From an uncultured bacterium (GTDB lineage: Bacteria; Hydrogenedentota; Hydrogenedentia; Hydrogenedentales; JAEUWI01): 37,860 bases of DNA. The notes under the pieces are model-generated. The model was given only the letters and a program-made list of their open reading frames with translations, was not told where the DNA came from and made no database searches. Position numbers and translations under genes: made by a program. Each line of letters begins with the position of its first letter. Positions within the stretch are counted from its first letter, which is position 1. Location of the stretch: the NCBI GenBank assembly GCA_963977445.1, contig CAXBPH010000033.1, positions 1 through 37,860 of the forward strand. The letters run 5' to 3'. Positions 1 to 8,804 of this stretch are shown piece by piece.

Positions 1-528
1 AGTCGACATACGTACCGAACACGTTGGCCTGCGTAATGGCTCCATCATTGGAGTCGATGCCCGGCATCAGAATCTGAGCTTCGTCGATGGCCCAGGCGTT
101 ATAAATATAGGATAACGTGTCTACGCGGCAGGGGTTCACCGGCGCGGCTTTGTCACCCAATTGATTCCAACGTCCACCTCAAAGCGGGCCTTTCCGTCCG
201 CATCCGACGGACACACGTTGACCGCAAGGTCTGTGAGGTATTCGGGATGAAGGGTGTCGCCCTGCCACATAAAATCGAGACCGATGACATCACAGGAACC
301 AGCGATGACGCCTTCATCGGCATATTTAGGTGGAGGGAATGCTTCCCCTTCGGATTCGTTGGCAAACATCTTGAACGAAAGTCCAAGCTGTTTAAGATTA
401 TTCTGGCAAGATGCCCGACGGGCTGCTTCACGGGCGCGCGCCAAGGCGGGAAGCAGGATAGCCGCCAAGATGCCGATGATGGCAATGACCACCAGGAGTT
501 CGATGAGAGTAAAACCACGATTCTTCAT
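1..528 (-). pseudogene. Prepilin-type N-terminal cleavage/methylation domain protein (DUF1559 family); frameshifted near 178-181 and truncated by the window edge
   Basis: N-terminus [50 protein letters not shown], then PEYL and CPSD motifs. The annotated frame stops at 136. A shifted frame starting at ~178 reads [40 protein letters not shown]... with no stop to base 1. True pseudogene versus sequencing indel cannot be decided here. Confidence 0.75.
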
Positions 529-1114
529 AAAAGATAAATCCTTTTGATTTAATGATTGCGATTCCAGAAACTCTTAACCCTTATGTAATGTAAATCTTAC
601 GCGCTCGATGGCGCCTTCTCGGAACGACCTCCGGCAACCCGAGTGATTTTAAACCCTTGTTTGCGTAGAACACTATAATTTATATATCTGATGTTGGCAC
701 AGATCCTGTGCATAGTCAAGAAAAATTAGCACCACCTTGGGATGTATATCCACCATAGACACAAGGTTTGCATAGAATTCTTACTATGCTGGCGATGTTG
801 TCTCAAAATGGGAATCATGGTAGGAGTACCGCTTCGTACAGGACGACTGTCCAAGCCAGATGGGATTGACGGGGCCGGTCGGCTCGGACTGGGTGAGAAA
901 ACGGATACGCAGCGGTGTCAGCTCTACGCTTGTATCTGCCGAATGGAAAGGTCGGAGACTAGAAATTATCCAACCGCGTGGCTGGCAGAGTACTGGGTCC
1001 TAACCTCCAGGAAGCGGACGGTTCCGCGGCGGTTTCTATTCCGGCCTGTTGCAGTACAATGCTGCTCCGCGCCTTGGACTAGGCACCGGCGTCATTCCAA
1101 GAGCAACAGATGTC

Positions 1115-2197
1115 CTAACGAGGGCTGGCACTCGCGCCAAACACGGCCAGCGCTTGATTGACGAATCCATCGACAAGGACATACTGCTCTTGAGGCATGG
1201 AATCCGTCAGGCGTTCCAACGTGAAGGTGAGGGCCCGGGCCTGCGCCGCATTGAAATTGTCTAACGTGTAGGGCTCGTCCGTCTGATCAAACAGGTCAAA
1301 TTCCCGAACCAATTCCTCGGCCATGACTTGGCTGGTGAGTTGTCTGTTTTCACTGCTCAGTCCAGCGGCCAGCATAGCCAACTGGCCGTCGACTGACCTC
1401 TCGTAGAGGATCTGGTCCGCCACCAGTTCATATTGATCAAAAGCGGCGAGCTCTTCGGTTTTCAAGAATTCAGACAGATCGTTGTGCAAGGTCTTCCGCA
1501 GGCCATCCCGTTCCGCCCTGACTTCGCGCGCCGTCTTCGTCCCTGAGCGCATGGCCGCTGCTGTAGTTTTACGATATGCATTGGTATTCGCAACGAGGGC
1601 TTCATTCACTAGTTTCCGTTGTTCGGGTGTTAGACCCAGTTCCTGATAAAAATCACCATAGACCATATCCATCAGGAGTTCCATCTGGGCCTGTGCCGCA
1701 CGTTCCATGGACTCCTTGCCTGTTTTGTCATCCACCTCCGCCTTTTTCTCGGATGAAGCGACCGCTTCTGCGTCGCCTGGCTCGTCTGCTTCCTCCGCCA
1801 TATCCTCACCATGGGGAGGTCCTGCTTCCTGACAGGCCTTCAACGAAGCCATGGTGTCGTTGATTTTTCCTTCGATCACCGCGAGAGCCTGTGTCAGGGA
1901 TTTTTCGTCCATATCCCCACGGGTTGCCCAATCTCCATCGGTAGGATCGGACCATGTCGCACCGGCGAAGTCCGTACCCGATTCGCAGCTGGATTGTAAC
2001 TCCTCTGCCGTAGCGAGTAGGGCCTCTTTTTGCGCCAGTTTGAGCAACAGTGTAAGGCGCGGGTCACTGGCAACCGGTGAATCGCCTGTCTTTGAGATAG
2101 AAATTACTTCTGGGGCACGGGTGGTTGCCAGGTAAATGGTAGCAACCAGGAAGACCAGAAAAAGGAACCACCCACCGAATTGAAACCCTCTAGACAT
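1115..2197 (-). CDS. Hypothetical protein with N-terminal membrane anchor and acidic, helical body
   Basis: Long ORF (track 1115..2212). ATG at 2197 is preceded by GGGAG. Hydrophobic N-terminus FGGWFLFLVFLVATIYLA. No catalytic motif recognised. Confidence 0.75.
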   Translation of the reverse strand: MSRGFQFGGWFLFLVFLVATIYLATTRAPEVISISKTGDSPVASDPRLTLLLKLAQKEALLATAEELQSSCESGTDFAGATWSDPTDGDWATRGDMDEKSLTQALAVIEGKINDTMASLKACQEAGPPHGEDMAEEADEPGDAEAVASSEKKAEVDDKTGKESMERAAQAQMELLMDMVYGDFYQELGLTPEQRKLVNEALVANTNAYRKTTAAAMRSGTKTAREVRAERDGLRKTLHNDLSEFLKTEELAAFDQYELVADQILYERSVDGQLAMLAAGLSSENRQLTSQVMAEELVREFDLFDQTDEPYTLDNFNAAQARALTFTLERLTDSMPQEQYVLVDGFVNQALAVFGASASPR

Positions 2198-2349
2198 CAC
2201 ACAATCTCCCACGTTTACGGGTCCCGATTGACCCCATACTGCCGCCTGCCACCCCCTGCCCCCGGGCCTGGCACTGTGTTCTTCTACTTATACTCCTTTC
2301 ACCGATGAATATTCGACCGGAGTCACGATTCTTTCCAGCCCCCCCAACG

Positions 2350-2358
2350 TGTTATAAT
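2350..2358 (+). promoter_or_regulatory. Putative extended -10 promoter element for the lipA operon
   Basis: TGtTATAAT about 45 bp upstream of the lipA ATG; no convincing -35. Confidence 0.45.
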
Positions 2359-2403
2359 TTCGCCTGTTTGACGGGCAATCACAACCCAAAGTTGATTTAT
2401 CGT

Positions 2404-3318
2404 ATGAGTATTACAAAAACACCGAAAAAAACCTTCCCAGACTGGATTAGACAGCCCTGGCCATCAGGTGATGTCTTTAGCGAGGTCAAGTCGCTTTTGG
2501 GCGATCTGAAACTCCACTCCGTCTGCCAGAGTGCCCATTGTCCCAACCAATCGGAATGTTGGGGACGTAAGACCGCCACTTTTATGGTCATGGGCAACAC
2601 CTGCACCCGCCACTGCTCCTATTGCGCAGTAAATAGCGGAAAGCCCGGTGAACTGGACCAGGATGAGCCGGCCAACATCGCCGAAGCCGTTCGGCGGCTG
2701 GGCTTGAAACATACCGTCATTACTTCGGTGACACGGGATGACCTGACCGATGGTGGCGCGCAGCACATAGCCGACACCATATATGCCATTAAAAAAGTCA
2801 TGCCCGACACGACCATCGAGGTCCTGGTACAGGATTTTGATGGGAATCGGGAGGATATTGCCCTGGTGCAGGCGGCGCAGCCCGAAATCTTCAGTCACAA
2901 TATCGAAACCGTGGAGCGTGTGTTTTCCCGAATTCGGGATCGCCGTTTTACCTATGCCCAGTCGCTGGACGTATTGCGCACCGCAAAAGAACTCAGCCAG
3001 GGACATTTTATCAAGTCCGCTTTCATGCTGGGATGTGGAGAGACGGACGAAGAAATCCGTCAAACCCTGATCGACCTGAAAGAAGCCGGTTGTGACTCGG
3101 TGAGTATCGGTCAATACCTCCAGCCCACCCCCAAACACCATGCGGTTGAGGCCTATATACCTCCCGAGCAGTTTAAGGTTTACGAAGCCCTCGCCTATGA
3201 GCTGGGTTTTGGTTTTGCCGTTGCCGGCCCCTTTGTGCGTAGTTCGTACCGGTCGGAAGCGCTCCTGGATTCTGAATACGCGAAAAAACGCAAGGAGATA
3301 CATTCCGATGCAGATTGA
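2404..3318 (+). CDS. lipA: Lipoyl synthase
   Basis: CX4CX5C motif (CQSAHCPNQSEC), radical SAM CX3CX2C (CTRHCSYC), ITSVTRDDL, HNIETV, GQYLQP, C-terminal RSSY. Start placed at ATG 2404. Confidence 0.97.
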   Translation: MSITKTPKKTFPDWIRQPWPSGDVFSEVKSLLGDLKLHSVCQSAHCPNQSECWGRKTATFMVMGNTCTRHCSYCAVNSGKPGELDQDEPANIAEAVRRLGLKHTVITSVTRDDLTDGGAQHIADTIYAIKKVMPDTTIEVLVQDFDGNREDIALVQAAQPEIFSHNIETVERVFSRIRDRRFTYAQSLDVLRTAKELSQGHFIKSAFMLGCGETDEEIRQTLIDLKEAGCDSVSIGQYLQPTPKHHAVEAYIPPEQFKVYEALAYELGFGFAVAGPFVRSSYRSEALLDSEYAKKRKEIHSDAD

Positions 3319-3553
3319 AGTGTGCCTGCCCAGCCTGGGCGACGATGACGATGCCGTAAAGGGTGGCACCATTTCCGAGTGGTTGGTCGAAGTGGGCAGC
3401 CCCATGGCCGAGGGGGACGATCTCCTCGAATTGACGACCGACAAGGCCGCCTTTGTCCTACCAGCACCCCAACGGGGAACCCTCGTGGAACGTAAAGTAA
3501 ACGAAGGCGACGACGTTGCCGTCGGTGACGTAATATGCATAATTGAGGTCTAA
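3308..3553 (+). CDS. Stand-alone biotin/lipoyl attachment domain protein (81 aa, E2-type lipoyl domain)
   Basis: MQIEVCLPSLG...GTISEWLVEVG...GDDLLELTTDKAAFVLPAP..G.L....VNEGD.V.VGDVI. TDKA lipoylation motif. Start overlaps the end of lipA. Confidence 0.9.
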   Translation: MQIEVCLPSLGDDDDAVKGGTISEWLVEVGSPMAEGDDLLELTTDKAAFVLPAPQRGTLVERKVNEGDDVAVGDVICIIEV

Positions 3554-3658
3554 TCAGACCTTTGTTTCCCCCTACTTCGCCCCATTGGTGGCGACCGTTG
3601 TATCCCCACTCCAAGACGATGTTCTGTGAAATCCGGTGGGGTATCGAAAGGAATTAGA

Positions 3659-4942
3659 ATGGCCTTTAAGGTTGGCGTTATCGGAGCTGGCACCGTCGGC
3701 GGTGGTGTTATCGAGACCCTCCTGGCAAATCGTCAGGTTGTGGCAGACAAGACGGGCGCGGAAGTGGCCCTGACCCATGTTGCGGACCTCAATCCCGACT
3801 TGTTCAGTGACTACAATCTTTCCGGGATCACCATCAGCAATGACGCCAATGTGCTCATCGCCGATCCCGATGTGGATGTGGTCTGTGAATTGATTGGCGG
3901 CTATGAGCCTGCGCGCACCTTTATCCTTGCCGCCCTCAATAACGGCAAGCACGTGGTCACGGCAAATAAGATGCTCCTCGCTATGGCGGGTCCCGAGCTC
4001 AATGAAGCGGCGATCAAGAATGGTGTCGAGCTTCGATTCGAAGCGTCCGTTGCCGGTACGATTCCCATCATTAAGGCCATCCGCGAAAGCCTCGCGGCCA
4101 ATAATATCAACGCCGTTTATGGCATCCTGAATGGTACCTGCAATTACATCCTTACGCGTATGGCATCCGAGGGACTGCCCTTCGACGACGTGCTTCAACA
4201 GGCCGTCGCCTTTGGCTTTGCAGAAACCCCGCCAGATCTCGACATCGAAGGCCACGACACGGCCCACAAATGTCAGATACTCGCCAGTCTTTGCTACAGC
4301 ACACCGGTCAATCTCGATGATATTTATGTTGAGGGCATCACCAAGGTGACCGGCCTGGATGTGACCTACGCCGGAGAGATGGGTTATCAAATCAAACTGC
4401 TGGCCGTTGTTCGCAAGGTCAAAGGTGAAGTAGAAGCCCGGGTACACCCTACCCTCGTGCCCGATGCCCACCTGCTGGCTGCAGTAAAATATGAATTCAA
4501 CGCCGTTTATGTGGAATCAGACATCGCTGACGCCACCCTCTATTATGGCCGTGGTGCCGGCAAATTGCCCACCGCCAGCGCTGTGGTCGCCGATATCGTC
4601 GATATCGCACGTCGGGGGGACGCCCCGGCCCAGGCCCCATTCCGCTATACCAATGCCCAGCCATTGCGGGACATGGGACTTCGTGAGGGGCGCTACTATC
4701 TTCGCCTCACCACCGAAAATCATCCCGGCGTGCTGGGTTCTATCTGCTCCATTCTCGGTACCCACGGCGTGAGTATTGCCTCCTGTATTCAGAAAGAAGA
4801 ACAACCGGGTGTGCCGGCACACGTTGTGCTCATGACCCACGAAACGCAGGAATCAAACGTGGTCTCGGCCATCGCCGAGATCGATGGACAAGGCTTTATC
4901 GACGAAGCCACCCACATGATTCGCGTTCTCGCCAACGCCTGA
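3659..4942 (+). CDS. hom: Homoserine dehydrogenase with C-terminal ACT domain
   Basis: GAGTVG Rossmann motif, KHVVTANK, FEASVAGTIP, GILNGTCNYIL, D..G.D.AHK, GRGAG, and ACT domain (ENHPGVLGSI). Confidence 0.96.
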   Translation: MAFKVGVIGAGTVGGGVIETLLANRQVVADKTGAEVALTHVADLNPDLFSDYNLSGITISNDANVLIADPDVDVVCELIGGYEPARTFILAALNNGKHVVTANKMLLAMAGPELNEAAIKNGVELRFEASVAGTIPIIKAIRESLAANNINAVYGILNGTCNYILTRMASEGLPFDDVLQQAVAFGFAETPPDLDIEGHDTAHKCQILASLCYSTPVNLDDIYVEGITKVTGLDVTYAGEMGYQIKLLAVVRKVKGEVEARVHPTLVPDAHLLAAVKYEFNAVYVESDIADATLYYGRGAGKLPTASAVVADIVDIARRGDAPAQAPFRYTNAQPLRDMGLREGRYYLRLTTENHPGVLGSICSILGTHGVSIASCIQKEEQPGVPAHVVLMTHETQESNVVSAIAEIDGQGFIDEATHMIRVLANA

Positions 4943-4990
4943 CGTCTGGCCCGTAAAAACATCAACATACACCGAGTAGAAGGTAATACC

Positions 4991-6088
4991 ATGCGCAATG
5001 AAGGTCTGATCAATCGCTACCGCTCTTATATGCCCGTGACGGATGACACCCGAATCATCACGCTGAGTGAAGGGTCTACCCCCCTCATTCCTGCTTATAA
5101 TCTGAGCAAGGCCATCCACCCCAAATTGGAAATCTGGCTCAAGTACGAAGGATTGAACCCCACCGGTTCCTTTAAGGATCGTGGGATGACCATGGCAATC
5201 ACTAAGGCGGTGGAAGAAGGTTACAAGGCGGTCATGTGTGCCTCGACCGGCAATACCTCGGCCTCCGCAGCGGCCTATGCGGCCCGCGCAGGCATTCGTT
5301 GTGCCGTCCTTATTCCCGAAGGCAAAATCGCCCTCGGAAAGCTTTCCCAGGCCATGATCCACGGTGCCAAGGTCATTCAGATTCGCGGCAACTTCGACGA
5401 AGCCCTCACCCAGGTGCGGAAAATCTGCGAATCCAATCCTATCGCCCTGGTGAATTCGGTCAATCCTTATCGCATTGAAGGCCAGAAATCGGGAGCCTTT
5501 GAAATCGTCGATGACTTCGACGGCGTCGCACCCGACTTCCAAGCCATGCCCGTGGGAAACGCCGGCAACATAACGGCCTACTGGAAGGGCTACAAAGAGT
5601 ACTTCGAGGCGGAAAAAAGCGTCAGCAAGCCGGTTATGCTTGGCTTTCAGGCCGCCGGTTCCGCCCCTATTGTATTGGGTCATCCTGTAGAGCAACCCCA
5701 GACTTTTGCCACCGCCATCCGAATTGGCAATCCTGCGAGTTGGCAGGCAGCCGAAGCGGCCCGCGATGAATCGGGTGGGCTGATAGACATGGTGACCGAC
5801 GACGAGATCCGTGCGGCTTACCAGAAACTGGCGGCGACGGAAGGTGTTTTTTGTGAACCCGCCAGTGCCGCTGGTGTTGCCGGACTCATCAAGTTGTCGG
5901 CCGCTGGCTATTTTGACGACAAGACACCGGCACACAGTGAGAAGATTCGGGTCACCTGTATCCTTACCGGACACGGCCTCAAAGATCCGGATAACGCCAT
6001 TGCCTCCGCCGAAGAGACGGTAACGGTCGACAATGACGAAGATGAGATTCTGAAGGCCATCGCTCTTACGTCGGAAAGCGCCGTCTAA
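4991..6088 (+). CDS. thrC: Threonine synthase
   Basis: NPTGSFKDRG PLP-lysine motif, CASTGNTSASAAAY, PVGNAGNI, ATAIRIGNP, EPASAA, TGHGLKDP. Confidence 0.96.
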   Translation: MRNEGLINRYRSYMPVTDDTRIITLSEGSTPLIPAYNLSKAIHPKLEIWLKYEGLNPTGSFKDRGMTMAITKAVEEGYKAVMCASTGNTSASAAAYAARAGIRCAVLIPEGKIALGKLSQAMIHGAKVIQIRGNFDEALTQVRKICESNPIALVNSVNPYRIEGQKSGAFEIVDDFDGVAPDFQAMPVGNAGNITAYWKGYKEYFEAEKSVSKPVMLGFQAAGSAPIVLGHPVEQPQTFATAIRIGNPASWQAAEAARDESGGLIDMVTDDEIRAAYQKLAATEGVFCEPASAAGVAGLIKLSAAGYFDDKTPAHSEKIRVTCILTGHGLKDPDNAIASAEETVTVDNDEDEILKAIALTSESAV

Positions 6089-6177
6089 CGATCTTCAGTC
6101 AACACTTCTTGCGGGGCACACGTTGCCCCGCAATTTTTACTGGCGCCTCAGGCGTCACCACAGGAGATTCTCCGCGA

Positions 6178-6843
6178 ATGTATGGCTTGGTATTTGATGT
6201 AGACGGTGTACTTGGAGACACCGAAGGACTCAGTGTTACGGCGACCAGCCGCATGTATGAGGAACTCTATGGTCTCACGGTCCAGCCGGAAGACTTTACG
6301 CCCTACATCGGAACCGGTGCGGAGATCTATTGCATCGAGCCCGCCAGAAAATATGGCGTGGAAATCGATGTGGCCAAGGCCGTGGAAGCCCGTCACCAAT
6401 ATTTTCTACAGCTCCTGGAATCTGATCCCGACATTTCCTTTCCTGGCATTCATGCGCTTATCGACGAAGCGGCTCAGGCCAGCGATTGGAAACTGGGTAT
6501 CGCCACTTCCAGCCCCGGAAAGAAATCGGCACAGACCTTGAAGTCTTCCCGGGTAAATACCGACCTCTTCGACGTCTGGATTCACGGTGACATGATTTCC
6601 CACAAAAAGCCCCATCCAGAGATCTACGAAACGGCGGCCCGTGAGTTGGGCCTCTCCCCTGCTGCATGTGTGGCGGTGGAAGACGCCATACTGGGCGTAC
6701 GGTCTGCAAAGGCCGCTGGGATGAAGGTTATCGCGGTGACCAACTCCTTTGAAGCGACAGAACTTCAGGAAGCCGACTTGATTGTCTCGTCACTGGAAGA
6801 GGTGACGTTGAAAATGGCACTCGGACTACTCCAGGACGCTTGA
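6178..6843 (+). CDS. HAD-superfamily phosphatase (subfamily IA, beta-PGM/CbbY-like)
   Basis: Motif I FDVDGVL, motif II ATSS, KKPHPEIY, EDA..G..AKAAGM. AGGAG precedes ATG 6178. Confidence 0.9.
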   Translation: MYGLVFDVDGVLGDTEGLSVTATSRMYEELYGLTVQPEDFTPYIGTGAEIYCIEPARKYGVEIDVAKAVEARHQYFLQLLESDPDISFPGIHALIDEAAQASDWKLGIATSSPGKKSAQTLKSSRVNTDLFDVWIHGDMISHKKPHPEIYETAARELGLSPAACVAVEDAILGVRSAKAAGMKVIAVTNSFEATELQEADLIVSSLEEVTLKMALGLLQDA

Positions 6844-6844
6844 T

Positions 6845-7507
6845 ATGGGTACCCCGGCCTCCCAGGAATTCGTGGTACTTCGCGAAGCAACACCGGTGCC
6901 CTACAGCGTCATGTTTGAACGACAGATGGAACGTCATCTGGGCGTGGCAACAGGCGAAGCACCGAATACGCTTTATCTGTTGGAGCACCTCCCCGTTATC
7001 ACCCTCGGAAAAGAGGCCAAAGAGGAGCACCTCCTGCTCTCTCGGGAGGCCTATTGCGAACGGGGTATCGATCTACTGCCCGTAAATCGCGGTGGGGATG
7101 TGACCTACCACGGTCCCGGCCAGCTGGTCGCCTACCCGATCTTGAATCTCAATCACTGGAAGACGTCGGTCGGCTGGTACCTGCGAACACTGGAGGCGGT
7201 GCTCATAGATACCCTGGGCGATTATGAGCTGGTCGGAGAGCGCGTGGAGGGGCTTACGGGGGTCTGGGTTGGGGGTGCCAAAGTGGCCGCTATTGGCATT
7301 GGCCTGCGGAAATGGACCACCTTCCACGGCATTGCCTTGAATATCCAGCCCGACATGAACCATTTCGGATACATTGTGCCCTGCGGCATCGCCGACAAGC
7401 CCGTCACGTCCATCGCACAGCTCCTGGGCAAGGCCCCGGCCCTGGACGAGGTATCCCGTAGATTCGAGCAACACTTTCGGAAGCATTTCGACCTGCCGCC
7501 CGCGTAG
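6845..7507 (+). CDS. lipB: Octanoyltransferase (lipoyl/octanoyl transferase)
   Basis: LEH.PVITLG, RGGDVTYHGPGQLV.YPI, KVAAIG, HGIALN, IVPCGI. Confidence 0.96.
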   Translation: MGTPASQEFVVLREATPVPYSVMFERQMERHLGVATGEAPNTLYLLEHLPVITLGKEAKEEHLLLSREAYCERGIDLLPVNRGGDVTYHGPGQLVAYPILNLNHWKTSVGWYLRTLEAVLIDTLGDYELVGERVEGLTGVWVGGAKVAAIGIGLRKWTTFHGIALNIQPDMNHFGYIVPCGIADKPVTSIAQLLGKAPALDEVSRRFEQHFRKHFDLPPA

Positions 7508-7523
7508 TCGGACGGCACTCCCC

Positions 7524-7746
7524 CTAGGAGTCTGACTCCGAATCCCCGTGGCGCACGCGAAATCAGTTGCGAGCAGTGCGCGGAGCGACGAGGACGCAAT
7601 ATTGATATTGTTAGGAGGAGCGACAAAGCAATGCGACGCAAATGGTTTCGCCCGAAGGGTTTGTCCCCAGCACACCGTCTGCAACGCAGCAGACGGTGTG
7701 CTGGGGACAAACGTGCATCCGCGTGGATTCGGAGTCAGACTCCTAG
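7524..7746. mobile_element. MITE-like non-autonomous element with terminal inverted repeats bounded by CTAG
   Basis: Perfect 22-bp inverted repeat CTAGGAGTCTGACTCCGAATCC (7524-7545 / 7725-7746). Internal perfect 24-bp hairpin (7659-7682 / 7689-7712) and an imperfect stem (7557-7571 / 7637-7651). No transposase ORF. Confidence 0.75.
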
Positions 7747-8804
7747 CGGAGTGGTCCTTTGCCCCCACCGGTCGTCGCTTTTTGCGCCGCTTCCTGCTGG
7801 GCTTCCTTCAGTTTTTCAACGGTCTGTTGAATATCGCTTTGTTCTGAATTTGCCCGTAATGAAGACTCATAGCTCTTTTGTGCACTGGGGTAATCGCCCA
7901 ACTGCAATTGGAGGGCTCCCAGAAAATTCCAGATTGCGGTATCGTTCGGAGCAAGGGTTGTAGCGCGAGAAACCGCGAGTATTGCCTGGGGCAGCCGCGC
8001 CGCCGAATAGAGTAGTCGGGCGTAGGCGTAATGATTTTCTGCTGTATCCGAAAAGCTCTTCCGGTAGCCGTCAAAATCGTCCAGGGCGATACGAAGCTGA
8101 GCCCGAAGTTGGGTATCGTAGGGCTGGGCCGCCCGCCCAACCTCACTGAGTATGGTCCCCGCTTTGGCAACGTCACCGTCATACACGGCGACCACCAGCG
8201 CACCGAGTCGCGCACGGGTGTCGGTGGCATCAAGGGCCAGTGCCTCCGTAAAGGCCTTGCTGGCGGCTTCGGCCATTCCCGTGTCAAGATAATAGGAACC
8301 GAGCTCATTCCAGGTAGCCACGGCCCCGGGGGATTCCTTGTCCCGATCGAGTGACGTATACAACGCGTCGATACCTGCCTGGCGATCGGCTGCACCGGAA
8401 ACAAGCAGGCAGCTGCCATAGGAACGCCAGAGCGCCGCACTATCCAATCCCTGATCCAGAGCCTGACGGGCTACTTCCGCCCCGAGGTCATCGTCCCCTT
8501 TTTCCCGCAACACGGCAATATACCCGAGCGCAGAATCTTCGTCTCCCGTGCTACGAAAGGCGTCTGCATAGGCAGATTCCGCTTTCCTCAACGCCGATGT
8601 GGCCTCAATATCGAGGGTTTCGTAGGCCGTCATATCCTGCTGTGCCATAGCGGCAGTCTGTTTGGCCACCGTATCCTGAAAGTGTTTGAAGGCCTCGGCT
8701 CCGGGGCTTCCCGGATCTGCCCAGGCACCTGGAACGGCTGCAAGAAGCAGACAAAAGAGTACTACAGGACGGCTCAAACCGTTGGGGCGAAATCGGGGGA
8801 CCAC
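7743..8804 (-). CDS. Tetratricopeptide repeat protein with probable signal peptide
   Basis: Hydrophobic leader (VVLFCLLLAAVPGAWA) and several TPR-like units (ATWNELGSYYLDTGMAEAASKAFTEALALD; AIWNFLGALQLQLGDYPSAQKSYESSLRAN). GGAG precedes GTG 8804; overlaps the hflX end. Confidence 0.85.
   Translation of the reverse strand: MVPRFRPNGLSRPVVLFCLLLAAVPGAWADPGSPGAEAFKHFQDTVAKQTAAMAQQDMTAYETLDIEATSALRKAESAYADAFRSTGDEDSALGYIAVLREKGDDDLGAEVARQALDQGLDSAALWRSYGSCLLVSGAADRQAGIDALYTSLDRDKESPGAVATWNELGSYYLDTGMAEAASKAFTEALALDATDTRARLGALVVAVYDGDVAKAGTILSEVGRAAQPYDTQLRAQLRIALDDFDGYRKSFSDTAENHYAYARLLYSAARLPQAILAVSRATTLAPNDTAIWNFLGALQLQLGDYPSAQKSYESSLRANSEQSDIQQTVEKLKEAQQEAAQKATTGGGKGPLR

Noticed and set aside
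695..712. TGGCAC...TGC as a sigma54 promoter
   Set aside because: The GG-to-GC spacing is 14 rather than the required 12.
742..1161. 139-aa plus-strand ORF in the intergenic gap
   Set aside because: Cys/Arg/Trp-rich atypical composition, no recognisable domain, overlaps the convergent gene end.
2464..5974. Long minus-strand ORFs 2464..3540, 3572..4471 and 4853..5974
   Set aside because: Antisense shadows of lipA, hom and thrC, which are common in GC-rich DNA; no recognisable motifs.
7548..7963. Small ORFs (7548..7847, 7631..7963) crossing the inverted-repeat element
   Set aside because: No transposase motifs; they run into the antisense of the TPR gene and are explained by the repeat.
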